A DNA stretch of 64,000 bases from an uncultured Chloroflexia bacterium (lineage in GTDB: Bacteria; Chloroflexota; Dehalococcoidia; GIF9; UBA5629): contig CAWKFY010000020.1 of assembly GCA_963848815.1 (NCBI GenBank), positions 74,760 to 138,759 of the forward strand. Reading direction: 5' to 3'. This document shows positions 41,693 through 50,951 of the stretch, one piece after another (the first letter of the stretch is position 1; the number at the start of each line of letters is the position of its first letter). A program made the translations under genes and the position numbers. The notes below the pieces were generated by a model. The model made no database searches. It saw only the letters and a list, made by a program, of their open reading frames with translations, and was not told where the DNA came from.

Positions 41693-41830
41693 TCAACACC
41701 AGTAGAAACCTTTCAACTTGTCAGAATAGCACTCTATTGTTTCATAGGGCTTGCCTTCCACTTCTCGTTTGAGTGCGTGAGAGGATAATCCTTTTATGGA
41801 GAAGGTCAATAGGTATGTGGATACACGTTT
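41693..41830 (-). pseudogene. putative tyrosine-integrase N-terminal remnant
   Basis: IPIDLL..DY.LT..VEGKPYETIECYSDKLKGFYW* resembles XerC/D-type core-binding domain starts. Confidence 0.55.
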
Positions 41831-41991
41831 AGTTGTATCATACCCTACGTAATGCTCTGGCTTGGGGTCAGTGGGGATATAGACATATATATTCTGGCAC
41901 TGGTTCATTCTAGCTATCGAAAAAGGTGAAGCCTCGATTAAGAGGTTGCCTAAATAAAGAACCCCGCCCTAAAGGACAGGGTATTTAAGTA

Positions 41992-42222
41992 GTGGCAGAA
42001 CATTATGATAAAGAGGTGAAAAACATGTGGAGAAAAAGCATTTTGAAGGTACGGTTGGATACGACGCTCATATTATTCGAGTTAGTTCTGAGCGTGGTAT
42101 TCATTGTGGTGGGGTATCTTATAGATAACAACTATATCCGTGGAGTCGGTGTCGGATTGATAATTGCTTGGGTGACAAGTGCCATAGCCTATTTATACAA
42201 AAAGAAAATGGTAAAACCATGA
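41992..42222 (+). CDS. small two-TM protein, copy 2
   Basis: paralog of 37110-37349. Confidence 0.6.
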   Translation: MAEHYDKEVKNMWRKSILKVRLDTTLILFELVLSVVFIVVGYLIDNNYIRGVGVGLIIAWVTSAIAYLYKKKMVKP

Positions 42223-42384
42223 GCAACGAAGAGCGTATGGCATGCACTTCCCAGCCCAAACCTCTATTCCTCCATTACCACCTTTGCCACGCCTTCCGAA
42301 GCTTCCTTTACCATTTCCTTATCAAGACGTATTCAAGTGACTATTGACCAATCCCCTGTTCAATGAATGGTGCAATAAAAATAA

Positions 42385-42421
42385 TGGTGGCAGCGACTAG
42401 ATTCGAATTGGTGACTTATGA
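42385..42421 (-). repeat. tRNA(CAT) 3'-half copy 1 (internal deletion)
   Basis: tggtggcagcgactagattcgaattggtgac-ttatga. Confidence 0.92.
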
Positions 42422-42454
42422 ATGATACAGCCCGATAAGTGGCAAAACTTGGCT

Positions 42455-42667
42455 TTATTTGACCACAATATACTCGGCAAATGAATTCGACTTAGGGACT
42501 GACACTTTATCTTCGATTAGTCCCTTAACATGCAGCTCTATAGCTTCGTGCATATTCTTCTCAACTTCCTCACGGGTAGATCCAGTAGCTACGCAACCTG
42601 GCAGATCGGGTGAATATGATGAGTAATTATCGTTTATTTTCTCAATTACAATAAGAAAGCGGTGCAC
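42455..42667 (-). CDS. hicB: HicB antitoxin (short form)
   Basis: YSPDLPGCVATGSTREE...EAIELH. Confidence 0.92.
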   Translation of the reverse strand: MHRFLIVIEKINDNYSSYSPDLPGCVATGSTREEVEKNMHEAIELHVKGLIEDKVSVPKSNSFAEYIVVK

Positions 42668-42668
42668 C

Positions 42669-42860
42669 TTACCGTTCCTCCTTAAGCTCAGCTTGTTTCA
42701 AAATGCTATTCAATGTTCATGGTGCTAAATCATCATCCGGTTTACCTGCGATCGTAATACGTCCGGGTTTCGATTGATGCTTATATTGCCTATGACTTCC
42801 CTTTGTAACCAAATACCACCCGTGAGCTTCAATCAATTTAATAACATCCCGTACTTTCAT
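42669..42860 (-). CDS. hicA: HicA mRNase toxin (frameshifted near the 3' end)
   Basis: MKVRDVIKLIEAHGW..KGSHRQYKH..KPGRITIAG; TLNSILKQA in another frame. Confidence 0.88.
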
Positions 42861-42922
42861 CCCAACATCAATGATATTATTTTTGACTGCCATTTGGAAA
42901 TAAAAGATTTGATGAAAAGGAA

Positions 42923-42997
42923 TGGTGGCAGCGACTAGATTCGAACTAGTGACCAAGGGCTTATGAGTCCCCTGCTCTACCACTGAGCTACGCTGCC
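42923..42997 (-). tRNA. tRNA with CAT anticodon, most likely elongator tRNA-Met (Ile2 not excluded)
   Basis: GGCAGCG/CGCTGCC acceptor stem, D-arm GCTC/GAGC, loop CTCATAA, T-arm ACTAG-TTCGAAT-CTAGT, encoded CCA; G1-C72 pair argues against initiator. Confidence 0.97.
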
Positions 42998-43010
42998 ACA
43001 ACAAGCTAAA

Positions 43011-43039
43011 ATTCTAGCCAGTCTAAGGCCTTATGTCAA
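43011..43039 (-). promoter_or_regulatory. sigma70 promoter of the tRNA
   Basis: TTGACA-N17-TAGAAT on the minus strand. Confidence 0.8.
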
Positions 43040-43255
43040 TGGTATTTTCTATCCCCTCACCCTGCCCTCTCCCCAGGGAGAGGGCAGTTCATTTTCTCTA
43101 AGAGGGAACAGGTTCCCTCTTCAACGCCTTTTTCCCTTAATATCCTTTGATCGAGCTAAGGTAGCTTGACTTAATGCCAAAAGATTGCCACGTCGCCCCG
43201 ATTCTATCAGGGCTCCTCGCAGTGACCTGCAACACCACGTTTGGCTCTAAGGCCG

Positions 43256-43320
43256 TTGACATGCTAAAATTACTGCGGTAAAATATCATCCGGTTACAAT
43301 AGAAATGTGCATGTGCGCAT
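43256..43320 (+). promoter_or_regulatory. sigma70 promoter and putative ArsR operator
   Basis: TTGACA-N17-TAAAAT; imperfect palindrome ATGTGCATGTGCGCAT at 43305-43320. Confidence 0.65.
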
Positions 43321-43341
43321 AAATATCGAGGCGAACGTAAA

Positions 43342-43695
43342 ATGCGTGATCTTCTCAAAGTTTTCAAAGCCACAGCCGACGAAACGAGGCTGCGCATCCT
43401 TTATCTGTTAATGGAAAGGGAGGCCTGCGTGCTCGAAATCAAACAGGCCATGCGCATCAGCCAGACCCGCGCTTCCCGCAACCTGGGCATCCTGCACGAC
43501 GCCGGCCTGCTCAAGGCCCGCCGCGAAGGCCCCCTGGTTTTCTATTCGCTGGATAATAAGGAGATTAAAAAGACCTGCGCCGGCCTGGACGCCATGGTCA
43601 AGCAGGCTTTTGAGCAGGACCAGACCGCCCTGCTGCACCGCGAGCGCCTGAAGAGGCCCGTCGCCAGGGCGAATGACAAACTACCCGGCAGGTAA
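43342..43695 (+). CDS. ArsR/SmtB family transcriptional regulator
   Basis: FKATADETRLRIL...ACV...ISQTRASRNL. Confidence 0.92.
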   Translation: MRDLLKVFKATADETRLRILYLLMEREACVLEIKQAMRISQTRASRNLGILHDAGLLKARREGPLVFYSLDNKEIKKTCAGLDAMVKQAFEQDQTALLHRERLKRPVARANDKLPGR

Positions 43696-43784
43696 TTTAA
43701 AGATTTAGTATTGACAATTAAGCAGGTTGGTAGTTTAATTTACACGGCCTGTTTAAGGTCAAGTCAATACCTTAGCTTACTGAT

Positions 43785-44210
43785 ATGACAGACTTCGAAC
43801 CAAAGATCGTCGCGTTCCTATGCAACTGGTGTTCCTACCGTGGTGCAGATCTGGCAGGCACCTCCCGCATGAAATGCGCCGCCAATGTTCGCGCCATTCG
43901 CGTTATGTGCAGCGGACGCGTCGAACCGGCCTTCATACTACGAGCTTTCGAGCTCGGCGCTGACGGCGTGCTGGTGCTGGGCTGCCATCCCGGCGACTGC
44001 CACTATGCCGAGGGCAACTACAAGGCCCTGCGGCGCATGATGCTGCTTAAAAGGATGCTCAAACAGCTCGGCGTCGAAGAAGACAGGTTCCGCCTCGACT
44101 GGGTGTCCGCCTCCGAAGGCGACCGCTTCACCCATGTTGTCAACGATATGACCGAGAAAGTCAGGGCGCTCGGCCCTTACAGAGCCAAAGAGGAGTCCAA
44201 AGTTGGCTAA
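43785..44210 (+). CDS. mvhD: hydrogenase iron-sulfur subunit MvhD
   Basis: FLCNWCSY.GADLAG, VMCSGRV, GCHPGDCHY, WVSASEG. Confidence 0.95.
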   Translation: MTDFEPKIVAFLCNWCSYRGADLAGTSRMKCAANVRAIRVMCSGRVEPAFILRAFELGADGVLVLGCHPGDCHYAEGNYKALRRMMLLKRMLKQLGVEEDRFRLDWVSASEGDRFTHVVNDMTEKVRALGPYRAKEESKVG

Positions 44211-45168
44211 ACTCAAGGTCGCCCTCTACTGGGCCGCCTCCTGCGGCGGCTGCGAAATCGCCACCCTGGCCATCGGCGACAAAATCCTCAAGCTGGCCGA
44301 AGCCGCCGATATCGTCTTCTGGCCGGTCGCCATCGATACCAAATACGCCGACGTCGAGAAAATGGCCGATAACAGCATCGACGCCTGCCTTTTCAACGGC
44401 GCCATCCGCAACTCCGAGAACGAGCACATGGCCAAACTGCTGCGGCAGAAATCCAAGATCATGATCGCCTACGGCTCCTGCGCCTACGAAGGCTGCATAC
44501 CCGGCCTGGCCAATTTTTACAACCGCAAGATGATGGTGGATACCGCTTACATCGATACCGCCTCCACCGACAACGCAGATAAGGTCATCCCTCAGCCCAG
44601 GTCGAAAGTCCCCGAGGGCGAACTGGAACTGCCGGTACTTTGGGAGACGGTCAGGACCCTGGCCCAGACGGTGGACGTGGATTATTTCGTGCCGGGCTGC
44701 CCGCCGGAGGAAAGGACCACCTGGCTGGCGCTGGAAGCCCTGATCAGCGGCAAGCTGCCTCCCAAGGGCACGGTCATAGCCCACCCGGCCAACGCAGTCT
44801 GCAACGACTGCCCCCGCGTCAAACATGAGAAGAAGATCAAGGCCTTCCACAGGCCTTATGAGATTGTCCCGGAACCCGACAAATGCCTGCTCGAACAGGG
44901 ACTGCTGTGCTGCGGCGTGGCTACACGCGGCGGCTGCGGCGCCCCCTGCCCCCAGGCCAATATGCCCTGCACCGGCTGCTACGGCCCGGTCGAGGGCGTG
45001 CGCGACCAGGGCAGCCACATTTCCTGACGGCCTGGGCCTCGATCATCGACTCCAACGATCCGGATGAGATCAAGAAGATACTGGACGGCATCGTCGACCC
45101 CGCCGGCACATGCTACCGCTACAGCCTGCGCCGACTCCATGATCAACAGGGCAAGGATCAAGCCATGA
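44203..45168 (+). CDS. mvhG: group 3c NiFe hydrogenase small subunit (frameshifted)
   Basis: SCGGC, GSCA, PGCPP, CLLEQG, CTGCYGP. Confidence 0.9.
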
Positions 45169-46628
45169 AAAAGATAACCATCGACCCCATCACCAGGCTG
45201 GAAGGACACGGCAAGATAACCATCTTCCTCAATGACGACGGCAGCGTGGCCAACGTCTACCTGCAGATACCCGAGCTGCGCGGCTTCGAGAAGTTCTGCG
45301 AAGGCCGCCCGGTCGAGGATATGCCCCAGATCACCCAGCGCATCTGCGGCGTCTGCCCCGAAGCGCACCACATGGCCGCCACCAAGGCGCTGGACGATAT
45401 GTTCCATACCGAGCCGACCAGCACCGCCAAAAAGATACGCGAGCTGCTTTACAGCGCCTTTTATGTCACCGACCATACCACGCATTTTTATATCCTGGGC
45501 GGGCCCGATTTCATCATGGGCCCCGACGCCCCGGTCAGCGCAGCGCAACATACTGGGCGTCATCGCCAAGGTCGGCATGGACCTGGCAGGGCAGGTGCTC
45601 AATACGCGCAAGGAGAACCACTGGATCATCCAGGCCGTAGGCGGCAGGCAGATACACCCGGTCTTCGGCCTTCCCGGCGGCGTCAGCAAGCGCATCTCCG
45701 AGGAAGACAGGGCGAAGATCGAGGAGATCGCCAAACGGGACGTGGCATTCGCACAGCTATCGCTCAAGGTCTTCGGCGATATCGTGCTCAAGAACAAGGC
45801 CTACGTGGACATGATCGTCAGCGACGCCTTCACGCACCAGACCTACTACATGGGGCTGGTCGACGATAAGAATAAGGTCAATTTCTACGACGGCAAGGTC
45901 AGGGTGGTCGACCCCGCCGGCAAAGAGTTCGCCAAATACTCCCCGCGCGGAATACCTCGAGAACGTTGCCGAGCACGTCGAGCCCTGGAGCTACACCAAG
46001 TTCCCCTTCCTCAAGAAGGTGGGCTGGAAGGGCTTCGTGGACGGCAAGGACAGCGGCGTTTACCGCGCCACCCCGCTCTCCCGCCTCAACGCCGCCGACG
46101 GCATGGCCACCCCGCTGGCGCAGGCCGAATACGAGAAGATGTATTCCACGCTGGGCGGCAAGCCCGTACACCATACGCTGGCCACCCACTGGGCACGCCT
46201 GATCGAGCTGCTCTACGCCGCCGAAAGGCTGCTGGAGCTCAGCCAGGACAAGGAGATAACCGGTCCCAATATCAGAAATATACCCGCCAACAAGCCCACC
46301 GAGGGCGTGGGCATCGTGGAGGCCCCGCGCGGCACGCTGACCCACCACTACATGGCCGATGAGAAGGGCTGCATCAAGAAGTGCAACCTGATCGTGGGCA
46401 CCACCAATAACCAGGCTGCGCTATTTCATGTCGGTCAAGAAGGCGGCGCAGGCGCTGATCAAGCCGGGCAAGGATATCCCCGAATCCCTGCTGAACCAGA
46501 TAGAGATGGCCTGGCGGCCTTACGACCCCTGCATGTCCTGCTCGACGCACACGTTGCCCGGCACCATGCCGCTCGAGATCACGGTGGTGGACAGCGGCGG
46601 CAACATGGTCAAGAAACTGTCCCGCTGA
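45165..46628 (+). CDS. mvhA: group 3c NiFe hydrogenase large subunit (frameshifted)
   Basis: TRLEGH, RICGVC (L1), EAPRG, YDPCMSCSTH (L2). Confidence 0.9.
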
Positions 46629-46753
46629 CCTTTTTTAAAAAACTTTGTAACTGAATAGGTTTACTGTACACATCCGGCAACTATTTATGAACATATTTAA
46701 ATATGCTGCATAGCCTTATATGGAAAAAATAAAATAACCTGAAGGAGTTGTGT

Positions 46754-47790
46754 ATGCAGAACCGGGTAATTTCCAGGAAAGACCTGGCCGGCTTCGTCGA
46801 TGACCTGATCAAGACGAAGGCCGCCGGGGAGGTCATCGGCATCAAGGCAAAGGGCAATAAATTCAATTTCGGCCCGCTGAAAAGCGCCGCCGAACTGCGC
46901 CTTGATTATGACATCGCCCTGCTGCCGCCCAAGAAGTACTTCTTCCCGCAGATGGAAACGGTGTTGAAGTACGAGTTCGGCGCAACCCCAAAGTCGAGCC
47001 CGTGGTCGCTGAGAAGCCATGTGCCTGATCGGCGTCCATCCCTTCGATATCCGGGGCATCCTGCTGTTCGACGCCGTATACGGCGGGGCAACAACCCCGA
47101 CCCCAACTATTTCCTCAAGAGGAACAACATCGATCATCATCGGCGTGGACTGCCTCAACCCCAACCCCAAGTCGTTCGCCGCCAGCATGGGCACCGCCGT
47201 TACGGAAGAGGGCTTCGACCTGATGCTGACCGACCTCGGCGGCGAATATTTCGTTACGGTCGGCACCACCAAGGGCGACAACCTGATCAAGAAGGCCAAG
47301 ACCAAGGATGCGGCCGCCGCCGACCTGGAGAAACGCGATAAGGTGCGCAAGGATGCCCTGAAAAAATACCAGGTTTCGCTCAAAATGAAGACGGAGGAGA
47401 TACCGGCGCTGCTGGACGCCAACTGGGAAAGCAAGGTTTTCAAGGACAAGGCGGCCACCTGCTTCAGTTGCGGCTCCTGCGTGATGGTCTGCCCCACCTG
47501 CGTCTGCTTCGACGTGCAGGACGATCCGGCGCTCAACCTGAAGGGAGGCGAACGCTACCGCCGCTGGGACGCCTGCATGCTGACTGAGTTCGCCAGCCGT
47601 GGCCAGCGGTGAGAATTTCCGCGAGCACAAGGAGCAGAGGTTCCGCCACCGCATGTACCGCAAGGGCAAGTACCTGCTGGAAAGATATAAGTACCTGGGC
47701 TGCGTGGGCTGCGGCAGATGCGCCATCGCCTGCCTGGCGCAGATCGCCAGCCCGGCCGAAACCTACAACCTGCTCAAGGAGGCAAAGTAA
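46754..47790 (+). CDS. group 3b hydrogenase beta subunit (4Fe-4S; frameshifted)
   Basis: CFSCGSCVMVCPTCVC, RRWDAC, CVGCGRC. Confidence 0.88.
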
Positions 47791-48633
47791 ATGGTAATGC
47801 AGCTTACTGCCAAGCAGTCCATTCACCTGCCCCGTATAGCCGAGCTGATCCGCGTGGAGAAGCTGAGCGACAGGGAAAAAGTATTTGAGTTCAAGTTCGA
47901 CGACGGCAAAGAGCTGGGCCAGATGCCCGGCCAGTTCGTCGAGGTATCCATCTTCGGCGTGGGCGAAGCGCCCATCTCGGTAACCTCTTCACCCACCCAT
48001 AAGGGCTCCTTCGAGCTGGCCGTCAGGGCCACCGGCAGCGTGACCAACAAGCTGCACACGCTGGAAAAGGGCGCCAAGGTGGGCATCAGGGGGCCGTTCG
48101 GCAACGGCTTCCCGCTCGAGACGCTCAAGGGCAAGGACATCCTCTTCGTGGCCGGCGGCATCGGCCTCTTCCCGCTGCGCTCGCTGATCAACTACGTGCT
48201 GGATAACCGCAAGGACTTCGGCGAGGTCAACACGCTTTTCGGCTGCCGCTCCCCGCAGGAGAGGCTTTTCATCGGCCAGCTGGCGGAGTGGAACACCTGC
48301 AAGGACATGTGCTTCCTGGAGACCGTGGACAGGTGCTCCGACGATACCTGGAAGGGCAATGTCGGCGTCATCACCACGCTCTTCCCCAAGGTCTCGTTCG
48401 ACCCGGCCAAAACCTACGCCATCGTGGTCGGCCCGCCCATCATGTACCGCTTCGTCATCGCCGAGTGCCTCAAGAAAGGGCTGGCCGACGACCATATCAT
48501 CATGTCGCTGGAGCGCAGGATGAAATGCGGCGTGGGCAAGTGCGGCCACTGCCAGATCAACGGGCTGTACTGCTGCCAGGAGGGGCCCGTCTTCACTTAT
48601 GCGCAGGTCAAGTCATTAAAGGAGGCAGTATAA
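47791..48633 (+). CDS. group 3b hydrogenase gamma subunit (FAD/NAD(P), 2Fe-2S)
   Basis: PGQF, RGPFGNGF, AGGIG, MKCGVGKCGHC. Confidence 0.92.
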   Translation: MVMQLTAKQSIHLPRIAELIRVEKLSDREKVFEFKFDDGKELGQMPGQFVEVSIFGVGEAPISVTSSPTHKGSFELAVRATGSVTNKLHTLEKGAKVGIRGPFGNGFPLETLKGKDILFVAGGIGLFPLRSLINYVLDNRKDFGEVNTLFGCRSPQERLFIGQLAEWNTCKDMCFLETVDRCSDDTWKGNVGVITTLFPKVSFDPAKTYAIVVGPPIMYRFVIAECLKKGLADDHIIMSLERRMKCGVGKCGHCQINGLYCCQEGPVFTYAQVKSLKEAV

Positions 48634-49381
48634 ATGAAACCGAGAGTCGCTTTCTTCGATTTTACGGGCTGCGAAGGCTGCCAGCTTGAAGTGCTCAACT
48701 TCAACCTGGAGATCGTCGACCTGATCGGTGCGGTCGACATCGTCGAGTTCCGCGAGGCCAGCTCCGACCACTCCGACAATTACGACATCGCCTTCATCGA
48801 AGGCAGCATCACCACCGAGAAGGAGATCGAGCGGGTGCAGGGCATCCGCAAGAAGGCCAAGATACTGGTGGCCCTGGGCGCCTGCGCCTGCACCGGCCGG
48901 CGTCAACGCCCTCAAGAACTTCTATCCCATGGAAGAGAACCTCAAGCTGGTCTACGGCGAAACCGCCAAGTGCTATAAGACCATACCTGCCAGGCCGGTC
49001 CATGCGCGTCGTCCCGGTGGACTACTTCATCCACGGCTGCCCGCCCAATCAGGGGCGAGGTCATCAGCCTGGTCAAATGCCTGCTGACCGGCAAGAAATT
49101 CGAGCATTACCACGACCCGGTCTGCGTGGAATGCAAGCTGGACGAGAACATCTGCGTCTTCGAGACGCGGCGAGACCTGCCTCGGCCCGGTCACCCGGGG
49201 CGGCTGCAACGCCATCTGCGTCAACGGCGGGCACGCAACTGCTGGGGCTGCCGCGCGCTGGTGGACGAGCCCAACCTCAACGCCGAAAAAGAGCTGCTGG
49301 CCAGATACGGCCTGACCGTAGACGACATGCTCGAGCAAGTTCAGGATCTTCAACGGAACACTGGAGGTTGCAAAATCATGA
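48634..49381 (+). CDS. group 3b hydrogenase small (delta) subunit (frameshifted)
   Basis: TGCEGC, LGACA, HGCPP, CWGC. Confidence 0.88.
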
Positions 49382-50678
49382 CAACAAGAACGTAAATTTC
49401 ACAGGTCCATCACGTTGCCCGCATCGAAGGCCACGGCAATATAATCGTCAATGCCAAGGACGGCAAGATCGAAGAGGTCAAGTGGGAAGTCCCCGAGTCA
49501 CCGCGCTTCTTCGAGTCCATGCTGCGCGGCCTGCAGCTATTCCGACGTCAATTTCATCGCCCCGCGCATCTGCGGCATCTGCGCCGTGGCGCACGCCACC
49601 GCCTCCATCGAGGCCACCGAGGCGGCCTTCGGCGTCAAGCTGACCGAGCAGGCGAGCTCGCTGCGCGAGCTGCTTTTCGATGCCGAGACCGTCACCAGCC
49701 ATGTGCTGCACACCTATTTCCTGGTGGCGCCCGATTTCTTGGGCGTGGGCAGCGTCATACCGCTGGCCGCCACCCACACCGACGTGGTGCTGAGGGCGCT
49801 GCGCATGAAGAAATTCGCCAACGACTGGGCGGATATGCTCTGCGGCCGCAAGACGCACCCGCATCTCCAGGTGGCCGGCGGCTTCGTCAAATTGCCTGAG
49901 ATCGAGCAGCTCAAATGGCTCAAGGAAACCCTGGAAGGCCAGTATATGCAGGACCTCGAGGCCACCGTCGACCTCTTCAAGACTCTCAAGTTCCCCGAAT
50001 TTATCCGCGAGACCGAGTACATCGCGCTCTACCAGGCCGGACAAATATTCTTTCATCGGCGGCGCGATCGGCTCCACCGACTGCCAAGCCCATCCCCGAT
50101 CAACGATTACCTCAAGGTGACCAACGAGTTCTGCGTTCCCTGGTCCACCGCCAAGTTCACCAAGCACCTGCGGGATTCCTACCAGGTGGGCGCGCTGGCC
50201 CGCTTCAACGTCAACCACGACAAGCTGCACCCCAAGGCTAAAAAGGTCGCGCAGGCCTTCGGGCTCAAGGCCCCCTGCTACAACCCCTTCTTCATCAGCG
50301 TGGCTCAGCTCGTCGAGACCATGCATGCAGTCGAGAACAGCATCATGATACTGGACAAGCTGCTCACCAAGGGCATCAAGCAGGAGAAGCCCGAGGTCAA
50401 GGTCAAGGCCGGGCGCGGCGTGGGCGCCGTGGAAGCTCCGCGCGGCATCCTCTTCCACGACTACACCTTCGACGATGACGGCAAACTGCATCGCCGCCAA
50501 TATCATCATCCCCACCAACGAGAACCACAACAGCATCCAGCACGATTTCGAGAAGCTGCTGCCCGAGATCATCGACCAGCCGCAGGACAAGATCAAGCTG
50601 ACCATGGAGATGCTGGTCAGGGCCTACGACCCCTGCGTCTCCTGCTCGACCCACATGCTGGAAGTGAAGTTTAAATAG
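49378..50678 (+). CDS. group 3b hydrogenase large (alpha) subunit (frameshifted)
   Basis: ARIEGH, RICGIC, EAPRG, YDPCVSCSTH. Confidence 0.9.
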
Positions 50679-50688
50679 TAGAGCATAT

Positions 50689-50749
50689 GTAGGGACGTAC
50701 CTTCAGGTGCGTCCGCAAAAGCGGGCGGGTTTTAAAACCCGCCCCTACA
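50689..50749. repeat. GTAG-type REP doublet
   Basis: GTAGGGACG-hairpin ... GGGCGGGTTTTAAAACCCGCCCCTAC; also at about 57200-57253 and 57951-58012. Confidence 0.75.
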
Positions 50750-50760
50750 TGTATAAGATA

Positions 50761-50792
50761 AAGGGGCGGCCTGCACGCAGCCGCCCCTTTTC
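50761..50792 (+). terminator. rho-independent terminator
   Basis: AAGGGGCGGC-loop-GCCGCCCCTTTT. Confidence 0.8.
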
Positions 50793-50884
50793 TTACATGT
50801 CATTTGAGCGCTGCAAGGGACCGGCAACGTTCACCGACACATATCAGCGTTGCTGCCGCGCAGAATTATTTTATGCCAGCCGAT

Positions 50885-50935
50885 TTGACAGACTTGATCT
50901 ATAATATCATAATTATTATGAACATATGCTCATAA
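50885..50935 (+). promoter_or_regulatory. sigma70 promoter plus 20-bp palindromic operator
   Basis: TTGACA-N17-CATAAT; TTATGAACATATGCTCATAA at 50916-50935. Confidence 0.7.
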
Positions 50936-50951
50936 CCAAGCGGAGATATTT

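Noticed and set aside
26253-42421. Fragments read as additional or split functional tRNA genes
   Set aside because: No matching 5' halves or D-arms are present, and several have mismatched T-stems or deletions.
21231-42997. tRNA-like repeats read as a CRISPR array or classical integron attC array
   Set aside because: Spacing is 0.5-6 kb with genes between; no cas or intI gene is visible; the repeats match the tRNA 3' half rather than attC RYYYAAC/GTTRRRY ends.
43785-50678. Selenocysteine (NiFeSe) recoding in the hydrogenases
   Set aside because: The MvhD and L1/L2 motif positions are TGC/TGT Cys codons; the TGA at 45025 follows a frameshift.
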